Positions 1-9,686 of a stretch of DNA of 64,000 nt are shown one piece after another (position 1 is the stretch's first letter; each line of letters starts with the position of its first letter). The translations under genes and the position numbers were made by a program. The notes under the pieces were generated by a model. It made no database searches, was not told the DNA's origin, and saw only the letters and a list, made by a program, of their open reading frames with translations. Source of the DNA: Veleropilina oligotropha (taxonomy: Eukaryota); contig JBEUKZ010000032.1 in NCBI GenBank assembly GCA_048128005.1, positions 124,001 to 188,000 of the forward strand. Reading direction: 5' to 3'.

Positions 1-1
1 C

Positions 2-490
2 CAAATTTCGGCACCGAGCCCGCCGACAGAGAGGGTGACTTCTTCGACAGACTCATCAGTGAGTAAAAAGGACCCTAAAAAGGACCCTAAGAAGGTGGCT
101 GCAGGACGGGCCGGTGCTGCTGCTCGGAAAGCCAAGCAGGAGAGGCTCCTTGCCGACGTTAGAAGACTCAAAGAAGACGCTCGACAAGTATCCGTCATCG
201 AAGTTCCTTCAGACCTACCGGAGGCACAGCCCCAACAAAAACACAGTGGTGCCCCGGCCAAGGTGACCGTGGTCGAAAAGTCAGCTACACGGAAATCGGA
301 CCCATTTAATTGGACCCAGGTAGCCGTTGCTGCCGGTACGGTTGCATTGGTATTTGTTGTCTGGAGACGCAGCAACCCTGGTTCCTCCACACCACATCAA
401 CAGCCACCAGCACAGGCGAGGCAGCCATCTGTCCCCACCCCAACCACCACCGAATTGAAGAATGAGCAAAACCCGTTCCATATGCGATAG
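2..490 (+). CDS. Hypothetical protein with basic/coiled-coil N-terminus and one TM segment (5'-partial)
   Basis: Frame is open from base 2. KDPKKVAAGRAGAAARKAKQERLL basic helix; hydrophobic WTQVAVAAGTVALVFVVW followed by RR. Confidence 0.65.
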   Translation, partial: QISAPSPPTERVTSSTDSSVSKKDPKKDPKKVAAGRAGAAARKAKQERLLADVRRLKEDARQVSVIEVPSDLPEAQPQQKHSGAPAKVTVVEKSATRKSDPFNWTQVAVAAGTVALVFVVWRRSNPGSSTPHQQPPAQARQPSVPTPTTTELKNEQNPFHMR

Positions 491-502
491 TCTCAGTACA
501 AC

Positions 503-742
503 ATGACTACCCCGATTACTGACGGAAAGATGCTCGGCAACACCGTCTATCACGCAGCTCTAGTATCAGGCCTTGCCATAGGCTACGCACGCCTGGTCAA
601 GATGGTATTCAAGGGTGTCAGTCCTAAGCTGGACTTCACGGGGTACGATGTCGGGATGGTCGTCCTCGACGTAGCGCTCGCCATGGTGACGAAAGATATG
701 CTGATCAAGCAAGGCATCATTCTGGCCGACGTTTTGAAGTAG
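503..742 (+). CDS. Small 79-aa hydrophobic (two-helix) protein of the element
   Basis: ATG-initiated ORF 12 bp after the previous stop, with two hydrophobic segments. Confidence 0.65.
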   Translation: MTTPITDGKMLGNTVYHAALVSGLAIGYARLVKMVFKGVSPKLDFTGYDVGMVVLDVALAMVTKDMLIKQGIILADVLK

Positions 743-773
743 TGGGACCTTGCTAGATAATCGCAGCATTTCA

Positions 774-1205
774 ATGGCTTCCATTGCGATGCTGGTTGGG
801 GGCGCTCTCGTCAACGCCCTCGCCTTCAGCGGCTCCAACTTCCTCTTCTCGAAGCTACGCAGCTCCGGTGTTGATGCGGAGCGTAAACGTCACGACATAG
901 CTGTAGAGCAGCTCAACGCCGCTCAGACTAAATGGTCCCAAAAGAGGGCAGAGCGTCTCGACTGGCTGAACGTTGAACTTCGCCGCCAGGGTCACGCTGT
1001 TGGGACATTCCGAGATGTTGACGCCGCTATCCGCGAGTATGCATTGATCACCGGCAAGAAACTTGACCCCACCGCTGTGGGAGGTGGCCCTGAGCCCCAG
1101 CTGTCCGACTACTACACGCCGAGCGATGACCAAAAGGGACGTGAGATCACCTTCATCATCCTCGGGATGGCTGCGACCGGGTTGGTAGCCTACAAGCTCG
1201 CCTAA
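774..1205 (+). CDS. Small protein with N- and C-terminal hydrophobic helices flanking a coiled coil
   Basis: ATG at 774 (MASIAMLVGGALVNALAFSGSNFLFSKL); central charged helix; C-terminal ITFIILGMAATGLVAYKLA. Confidence 0.7.
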   Translation: MASIAMLVGGALVNALAFSGSNFLFSKLRSSGVDAERKRHDIAVEQLNAAQTKWSQKRAERLDWLNVELRRQGHAVGTFRDVDAAIREYALITGKKLDPTAVGGGPEPQLSDYYTPSDDQKGREITFIILGMAATGLVAYKLA

Positions 1206-1244
1206 TTTCCACGTTTGGACATTTTTTCGTGGGCATGTATAGTA

Positions 1245-2491
1245 ATGGGGCTCCCAGAAGAGCTGTACTGCGCTATGCTTGCGGTCGGCTATAGTACTAC
1301 GTTACTCGACTGCTGGTGCCGCGACGAAAAGACTATGGTGCGGTTCGCGGTCCTGGTGCTCTCGGGCCCGACCAACCTTTGGGAGACGACTGCGCAGCGA
1401 CCGGCTCCGGAAGCTGAAGCCTGTTGGAGACTGATCAGTTTACTGGAATACATTGCCAGTCTCGATGGCAGCGAAGACCGGCAAAAGAACTCGAGGGCGC
1501 GGAATGAACTGGAAGCTACTATAGCCCCCGAGGCTACTGGAAAGGGATCGCCGCGATAAAACATCTCTCGGCCGCGGTAGATGTCTCTGAAGACGTGGCC
1601 CGGGATTGGCTGAAGAAGCAGGCCATCTGGCAAATCTATTTACCTGCGCCACGGCGGATTCCAAGACCAAAATTCGACGTCGTAACGCCGAACGAGGTTC
1701 ACCAAGCCGATCTCCTGTTTCTCCCACATGACAAGGTCGGTCGTAAAACATACAAGTACGCTCTGACTGTGGTTGATGTGGCCAGTCGCTATAAAGAAGC
1801 TGAGCCATTGGCCACAAAAGAGGCCAAAGGGGTTGCTGAAGCTCTGTCTCGAATCTACAGGCGGAGTCCTCTTAGCTGGCCGAAACTGCTTCAAGTCGAC
1901 CCAGGGAGGGAGTTTATGGGCGCGGTGTCCCAGCTGCTGGCGACAAATAACGTCGAGGTTAGGCGCGGCCGTGTGGATCTCCATCGCGATCAAGGCATTG
2001 TGGAGCGCTTCAACCGGACGCTCGCTGAGCGGCTCTTCGGGCACCAGTATGCAAAAGAGATGCGGTTTGCAGAGTCTGCGAAAAAGGGTCAAAGGTCGAC
2101 TGAGTGGGTCGCCAGGCTAGCAGCTGTAGTTGCGGCCTTGAATGGGGAAGTGACCAGGCTGACCGGTAAAAAGCCCAAGGACGCCATCAAGGCACCTCGC
2201 GTTGCCCAAAAGCCAGGCGCCACTGTTCCAGGCCGAAAGGGGAAGGAACAGAAACTCCCCTCTGACGTAGATGTTCGCTACCTATACCAACCCGGTGAGT
2301 TGGAGGGTGGTCGCCGCCGTGCCACTGACCCGGTGTGGTCTTTGACAGTTCACAGGCTTGGACGCTCCGTCACTAAGCCTGACGAGCCTGTGCTCTACTA
2401 CTTGCTGGATGGACCACTGCGTGGCTTCGTTAGAGAGGAACTGCTCGTGGTGCCTCGTGATACCCAGCTGCCGCCGGTTCTGAGGCGTTAA
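1245..2491 (+). CDS. Retroviral-type (rve/DDE) integrase, frameshifted near 1517
   Basis: HQADL, VDPGREF and IVERFNRTL form the D-D-E triad; C-terminal WS...Y.L...F.REEL. The integrase frame is open from ~1508 (YYSPRGYWKGIAAIKHL) and is joined to the upstream ORF (..RNELEA) only by a frameshift. Confidence 0.85.
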
Positions 2492-5400
2492 CAGCTGCTG
2501 CTCCCTCGTTTTCGGTTACATTCCAGACACGTTAAGCGCACGTTGTCGCGGATGTGGCCCCTGCCGTTGTCCACACGGTCGACACTGAACTGCTGTGTGT
2601 CTTTGGGCTGGTAGGCCCAGAGCAGCTCTATGTTGCATGCTGCGCATCGGTTGTTTTGGGCTTCTTTGAGCTGCAGGATGTCATCGACCTTGAGGTTAAA
2701 TCCCGGGAGATCCTTGGCCTGGTCCTGGCGTTTGTATGCCACAAGCTTTTTCTGGATGGTCTTTCGGAGCTGCTGCTTGCTCTGCGGCGGGGGCCTGTCC
2801 TCAGCACCCTCATCCGGAGGACAGGTTACCCGTTCGAGCTGACGCAGCAGCTCCACCCGGGACACGGCTAGGTAGGCGAGATTACTCCACTGAAGGTAGT
2901 CATCGATGATCCAGACTTTCTGTGGGTCGTGAATCGTAAGACCCTGGCTCGAATGGATGGTGAGAGCATAGCCCAGGCGCCAATCCGTGGTCTGAATAGC
3001 CCGCTCAGCGGCGTCAATGGTGACCTCGACGACGTCGTTCAGAACTAGCTCCTCTCTGTCGCTGGTGCCCGGAATCGTTACCATGATGTTTTGCTTACGG
3101 GTGTCCCTGGGGTGGTACAGGATCGGGACATAGGAGTCTGGGAAGTGCTCCTTGTGCCTCTGGAGCAACAGCTGTTGAGCCCGTTCGCGGACCTTCTGAT
3201 GGCTGGTGAGGATTAGGTCGCCTGGCCTCCAGGTGTTGACAAACCGATCCCATCCAAGGCAGCTGGGGAGACTCTTACGCATCTCGTCGCACTGGATTTT
3301 GTCGGGCTGGAGACGTATACGGCTTTTCAGGGCTTGGAGGGCAGGGTCGTCTTTCGCCCTGTAATCTACTTCGATCTCCTCATAGTAGTCCGCGGTCTGT
3401 CGCAGCCAATCGTGCGGCATCTCGCCCGTAATCGGTGGTGGCTGGCCCTGATCGCCACAGCAGATAACCTGAACTTCGTGGTGGCCCAGCCAGTCCAAGA
3501 ACATCTCGAGGATGTGCTGCGGAACAGTACAGACCTCGTCCCAGATAATGACGCGGGGGATGAACTTCTGACCCATGCGGTCGGGTGTCCAGTCAGTCTG
3601 GCCGCTCCATCGGAAGAAACTGTGGTAGGTCTGGGCTTTGACGCCTCTGGTTCGCATCTCTTTAGCGAGGTGGTGGGTTGGTGTGAATACAATGGGATTC
3701 CTTGCCCGAAAGAGCTCTATAGCTCTCGTAGTCTTGCCACAGCCCCCTCCACCGTTGAGGTAACTCAGGCGATGGTGGGTCAGTGTGTCATTGTAGCATG
3801 GCGCAGTGCTCGGCTGGCTGGAATTGGGGGCACAACAATACTCTGGCTTGGGTAGGTATGCGGCATGTTCCTGTGGCATATACAGCTGTTCGCCCTTGTC
3901 ACGCCACTGGGCTGGTGCTACTGGCGGAAGGTACGTCTCCCCGATCAGACAGGAGATGCACGATTGGCTGCGACAGTCGCAGAGTTGGGGGGCAACGTAC
4001 ACCGTGACATCGTCGAGCTTCTCCAACGAGGCCTTCTTGAGGTAGATGCTGTCAGTGGCTACCCGGACGGCTTCTGCTGCACTGAAACGCTGGACCATGC
4101 TCAAGAGGTTTATGTGGGCATAGGCCAACATGCTGGCCCTCAGGTGGGCGTACTGAGGCTGGGAGCCATCATAGTACGTGAGGATGTGACCGAGGGGGCA
4201 TCTCTGAGGAGCGCCAACCAGGGTGCCGCTTTGGCGGGTGTCTCTTACGAGGAAGTCGAGCTCCCCCTGGTCGGTCACCAGTCTACGAGTCAATCTTTTG
4301 CCATCAGCTTTGGCGCCTTGGGTGAATTTGCCGATAATGGTGCAGCCCTGGTCACGGTCCAGAGGAAGCCAGACCTCGAGTTGCTTTTTGAAAGCGATGA
4401 TGGCCTCTCGGATCTTGAGGCTTTTTAGCAGTCCAGATTCTACGAGGTAGGTGAGCAGAGGCGTCGGGGCCCATCCATTCTCTGCAAAGTGCTTTCCGAA
4501 CCAGGCGGGAATGACGGGGTGGATGTCTTGTGCGAACTCCCATTCCACGACCTCGGCAAACCCGGTGCCGATATCTTCGGGAAGAGGACCGTTAATTGCG
4601 ACCCGGGTCATGCTGTGGAGTGGGTGTCAGAATCTTTCGAAATAGGGCTTAGCCTCGCCCTTCCCCTGAAAGCTGGCAGGGTAGCAGGCTTTCATGTCGA
4701 TGCAGCAGATATCTCTCGTGTCGTAATTCATGGAATTCCAAAGGCCGCCGTGACCATGCTCTACGCAGGCCTTCTGGATATCATCGAGCAGGCTGGCCGG
4801 GGTAGGTTTCCAGCCGTTGTGCTCCTTAGCCATAATGCTAGCTGCATGGTTCACGCCAAAGGCTCGATCGGCTAGGGACTCGTTTCCCAGCGCTGTACAG
4901 GCTTCTTGGAGTATCTCGTGAGTCTCTTTCGTCCTGTACGTGCGGCCATCCTGAAGCACGAACTGGTTCACGCTGAGCTGTCGGTCTGTACCGCCAAGGA
5001 GCCAGACAGCTAATGGCTCGTTCCGTGTGGCTTGTCGGATAGCTTCCCAGACATCGCCCTCATACAGGTGGAGCTCGCGAGACTGCGGAAAGTGTAGGTC
5101 TTTGGACCAGGCGTGGCCGTTGTGGCATACGAGTTCTACTTGTCTGAATGTATGGTTTCCTTGACCGCGGTATTTCCCGCTGTTGTAGAGGTCGGCACCT
5201 GCGATGTCTCTCCAGATGATCGCCCGCTTCAGTATCTTCTCGAGGATGGATATATCATCCACAGTGGCGCCTGTTACATGGACTCGCTCTTCCCACTCCA
5301 GTATTTTCTGCCGCCTTGTCGGGGCGAGTCCGTTTCCTCGCAGGGCACCTTCGAAGTGCTCAACCACTCGTTGGGCAACGCAGTTGAGGTCGCCGTTCTT

Positions 5401-6438
5401 CATCGGAACCAGGTTGGCGGGGTTTGGTTCTCGGAGAGGATAGACGCCGTAGACGACTGCAGTGACCGGGTACGCATTCTCGTAGTAGACTTTGTCGACC
5501 CCAGTGATAGCACCCGGCTTAGTGTCCTGAGAGATCTCAAAGACACCCTGGCCCTTCTTTCTCGCAGCCTTCACCGGGTCAAACTTGTCTTCGACCATCC
5601 AGTCACCTTGCCCCATTCACGCAAGAACTTTATTCTAAGGACATACTCGCCCTTTGGAAGGGCTGTGAGGAGCTGTGCCGCCCTTGCATCTGTCATACGG
5701 GCATCCAGGGCCAGCCGTCCAGCCACTTCTATCCTCCATGTGGAGAAGGCCGCCGCGGCGCCATCGACCTCAAACTAGTCTTTGGCGTCGCTCAAGAGTT
5801 CCACCCATGGCTCTTTTGCTGGGAGCCTTACTGGGGGAGGGACCTGGTCATCCAGGTCGATGAATCGTTGTCCCTCGGGTGTGGTAAATTGCCCTAGAAG
5901 ATCCTTCTGGTAGTCCTGGGCTGTCCGGGGCGTTTTGGAGATGAGAAGATCGGGCCCCTTCCGAGCAATAGCATGGGCAAGGGTCTCTTTCCGAGACCGC
6001 TTGACGATTCGATCCGTGATGGCGCGGAGTGGCTTCAGTCGAATCCCGGGCGTTTTCTCAGCCTGGGATTCGTATTTACGAGCCTGCAGGGCGGCGTCGA
6101 CCTCGTCCTTAATCTGCCGCAATTCGCGAGCACGACGGCCTCTTTTGTGGGGGTTCTCCACATCTCCACGTATGGAGGGGAACCTTCCCGTTTATCGCCC
6201 GCTCGAGTCTCCTCCGAAACTCCGCAGCACGGACCCCGGCTATTGCCCTGATGAGGTCGTGCTTCTTGAGCTTCGACCGAGCGGGAATCCCATAATCTTT
6301 CGCTAGATTGCGCAGGTCATCCATGTTGCTGGGCGGGTATACACTAGGATCCCAGTTCTCTAATATGAAATTTACGCGTGGTAAATTGCAGCCATACGGA
6401 GAAACTCTCTCTCGAAGGGTCGGTTCTTTCGTCGCCAA
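2488..6438 (-). pseudogene. Giant fusion ORF: Rho_N-like, OTU-like, PolB palm, SF1B helicase, HNH-like nuclease (2 in-frame stops, ~2 frameshifts)
   Basis: Rho_N-like MDDLRNLAKDYGIPARSKLKKHDLIRAI; NCV...LVCHNGHAW; PolB motif A DMKACYP and motif C ATDSIY. Helicase motifs GGGGCGKT, TPTH, DEV, GDQGQ, TIHSSQG, YLAVSR. C-terminal CAAC...DRVDNGRGH...CLECN. ORFs 4627..5616 and 2488..4611 are in the same frame, separated by one TGA (4629-4627). Confidence 0.8.
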
Positions 6439-6665
6439 TCCCTAACGTTCGCAGTCTGATACCCACAGCCCTTACACAGCGTAAACCGGTTGAAAACGCC
6501 CTTCCCGCATTTGCTGCAGGGTTTTGTGCCCCGGCCATTTCGCCGTTGCCGAGCCAGGTGGACTTTGCAATACTCGCTCAGACATCTCTTACCACATAGC
6601 TCCGTGGAGCTGATGGTGAGCCATTGACAGGTGTCCGATCCCCACATATTGATAGCGGATATCAT
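6372..6665 (-). CDS. Small Cys/His-rich zinc-finger-like protein
   Basis: CQW...CGKRC...YCKVH followed by CSKC...CKGC; basic composition. Confidence 0.6.
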   Translation of the reverse strand: MISAINMWGSDTCQWLTISSTELCGKRCLSEYCKVHLARQRRNGRGTKPCSKCGKGVFNRFTLCKGCGYQTANVRDWRRKNRPFEREFLRMAAIYHA

Positions 6666-6857
6666 CGCATATACCAGTCTCTAAATAGAGTATGACACTA
6701 ACACAAAAGAGCCCGGGCCGGCGAGGGTAGTGGGCCGTCCCTACGGGCTCTTACTACATACTACTATATCGGCATGTTAGACGCTGTGTAGTTATACTTG
6801 AAATCAACATGCCGCAGAAAGATGTTCCCATGTTGCGCAGCGCGAAAAGTTCCCGCC

Positions 6858-6956
6858 GCAAGGCCCCTGCCAAGGCTCCTGCCAAGACTCCTACCAAGGC
6901 TCCTACCAAGGCCCCTGCCAAGGCTCCTGCCAAGGCCCCTGCCAAGGCTCCTGCCA
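6858..6956 (+). repeat. 12-bp tandem repeat (CCAAGGCYCCTR) x~8 in the element's non-coding end
   Basis: Read directly from the sequence. Confidence 0.9.
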
Positions 6957-9404
6957 AACGACGTCCCTAGTCCCACCCCTGCTGTGTACACGGTGACTTT
7001 TTGTAATACAATCTATACCCTCGGGTCCGAAAGGGTGCTGGGAGCCGTATTTTTCCCTTCTAAAAGGTATGGTCACCCCCCCTGCTGCTGAGTTGAGATC
7101 CATATTAATTCTGAAATGGTGCTGGGAGCCTTATTTTCCCATTCTAAAAAGTCTACTGACCCCCCCTGCTGCTTGTACACATGCCCAATTAAGATTTACA
7201 CGACGACATTGCGCTAAAACGCACCAGACGAAGATGCACTGCAGTGGTCAAATCAAGAGGTGGTCATACCAGTTATTAAGTGTTATTTTTGGTTTTCGCC
7301 CCTACCTCGCTTGGTAAAATTTTATCGCATTTTCTTTAACCCATGGTCATAATTTTTGCACCAAACGATGCATCGTACAACTCTTTCAATTCGTATATAA
7401 CAATTGGTAAGGACAATTGTTAATACCATTAAATTATGATCAGACAATGACAATTTAAATAATTTGTTATTGAAATTCATAATCAACAGAATAACCGACG
7501 CGGCATAAATTCATTATATTCGCGAATATAAAACAAAACATGATAAGATACTGTAAATAAAACATGGAAATTCCATTTCATCTAAAAGAACTTAAAAACA
7601 TACATTACGACCATTATATATGTAAACGATAATAGCAAGTCAGTTAATTAAAATAATTTGTTACCAATTGGTAGCAAGGCGCAAACAATTTACGATTGAG
7701 AATCTTGTTCAACCCCCTCTTAGATGTCTTTCGAATCTGCACCGGACGTCTCTGGATATTTTCTAAATATTTCAGAAAGCTTCAACACGGATATGCGACT
7801 GTTTTGACCGTCCGGTTCGATCATTTTGTCAAAGCGAGGGGTAGGGTTGTATCCATTAGCCCGAAAGGCGTTGTATTCTTCTTTGGAAATATACCCGTCA
7901 TCGTTTATGTCGATTAATTTTGTTATGGCATCGCATAAGTTACCGTAAACAGTTTTAAATCTGTCGGGGTCATCTATATTCATTTTCATCATTATTTTCA
8001 CGAAGTCGGCTCTTGCAAGTTTACGGGTAGGTGAAAACTAAAGACAAATGGCCCACCACTCGTTCATTCCAGTAATAAATTTGGCAGTCTTCTTCCGGGA
8101 CACGTAGTTATCTTCGGCAAGTTTAATATCGATCAGTGTCCACACACCGTCCTTGTTTACGTCATGGACGTCGAACATCGTCCCTAGCTTTACACGGAAG
8201 TCGGCAGTGACAGCTAGAATGGATAAAGGGAATTGATAGAAGTTAAATTAATTGTACGAAAACATTCAAAACAAGAGGCATATTGGTCCAAATAGTTTAA
8301 TTTCAGAAGGTCTATGTCCGAATCACCCAAATTTAGACAAACAGACGTAGATCTTCCTAATTATTACAGGGAATGTTCATTTAATACATCAAAATAAAGG
8401 TTACGCCAAGTTAGACACGAGGCCGTTAGAAACGGATTCGTCACCCGCCTTCCGCAATCTCCAAAACGTTTCAAAAGTCCCAGTTCATGCAATACCTAAA
8501 ATTTGGATTAAACTAAACTAACCATAATGTCTATGTCCAAAACACCTACTTTTATGCAAAAAATATATTTTATTCAATATCGCTTCCAGAGTATCAGGTG
8601 ATATCCATTTAACACATACCAAACCGTGTGAAAAAGTCCCTTATGAAAGCTCTCATACATATATATATATACATATAATATATATATATAAGTTACATGG
8701 TACGTTAGTGACCTAATATGGTATATACAGGGAGAGTAAAATTCATATCAGGCTCTAGCTTCGCTCTCGCCTGATATGAGCGCCCTCATAGACAAGGGAG
8801 ATAATTGTGAACATTTCTGCCAAAACATCAATGCAAATGTTAAGTCTTGGAATCGTACAGTTTCGAAAATTTTGCATCAATTTCATTTTATAGTCGTAAC
8901 GGTTTACACTTATACATTTTGATTTTAAAATGAATATTCAATTACCCTTATTTAGTTAATTTGGGCGTTTACTTGGACTTCCTATTCTCCTGCGCAGAGA
9001 CGTCATTTCTTTATCGTACTGTACGGAGTATTCTTAATTTCTCTGCCAGCTGGAGAGCGACGGTTGCTAGGCATTATTTCATTCTAATGGGCGCGTCAGA
9101 ATATCTTAATTATTTTATATAATGTATATTGGTATACATGTATTTGCCACAAACGTACTTTGTGTATTTTTCAATAATCATGCCAATTATGCTAAAATAT
9201 CAGTTATAACGGAAAGAATAATTTTATATTGAACACGAGTTTTACACATGATCTTCGGCAGAGCTGAAAACATTATTTTAGGAACGCGGTTTTTTAGTAA
9301 CAACAATAGCATATATAAAATGGATTCTTTGACGGAGATACGAAGTTGGAAAAGAAACTTGTTCAAAGTCTTGATTTTATTATATTGAAGTAAGATAAAT
9401 TCGT

Positions 9405-9535
9405 TGTAGGCATAGCCCTCGTGAAATATAACTATGTACCGTTTGTGATAATTTATTAACCTAGACTCGTCTCTGTTAATAAATTCTCACAAACAGGTAC
9501 ATAGACCCGTATTCCCCTCGGGCAATGCTGACAAC
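9405..9535. repeat. Imperfect palindromic (foldback) repeat
   Basis: gttgtaggcatagccc...tatgtacc.tttgtga.aatttattaac pairs with gttaataaatt.tcacaaa.aggtacata...gggcaatgctgacaac. Confidence 0.7.
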
Positions 9536-9547
9536 TTATAATATAAG

Positions 9548-9686
9548 TTGCATGGTGCGTTAGTGACCTAATATGGTATATACAGTGCGAGTAAAATTCA
9601 TATCAGGCGAGAGCGAAGCTAGAGCCTGATATGAATTTTACTCACCCTGTATATACCATATTAGGTCACTAACGCACCATGTAACG
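9548..9686. repeat. Near-perfect foldback repeat (~62-bp arms); partial inverted copy at 8692-8779
   Basis: Arms catggtgcgttagtgacctaatatggtatatacag...tatcaggc and gcctgata...catg around a 15-nt loop. Confidence 0.85.

Larger units (their letters stand above)
1..7181. mobile_element. Integrated Polinton/adintovirus-like self-synthesizing element, right part (left end outside window), partly decayed
   Basis: GC-rich, intronless, gene-dense block with a DDE integrase and a PolB-helicase ORF. Subterminal repeats at 6976-7173; ends CTGCTGCTTGTACACA, after which the sequence soon becomes AT-rich host-like DNA. Confidence 0.8.

Noticed and set aside
2554..5863. Plus-strand ORFs opposite the polyprotein
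   Set aside because: Antisense shadows of a GC-rich coding region with no recognisable motifs.
6754..7103. ORFs with GALA/LLPR/QEPW repeats
   Set aside because: Translations of the 12-bp DNA repeat in several frames.
8969..9050. Candidate middle exon of the EF-hand gene
   Set aside because: It contains a stop in the plausible frame and its splice phase did not fit.
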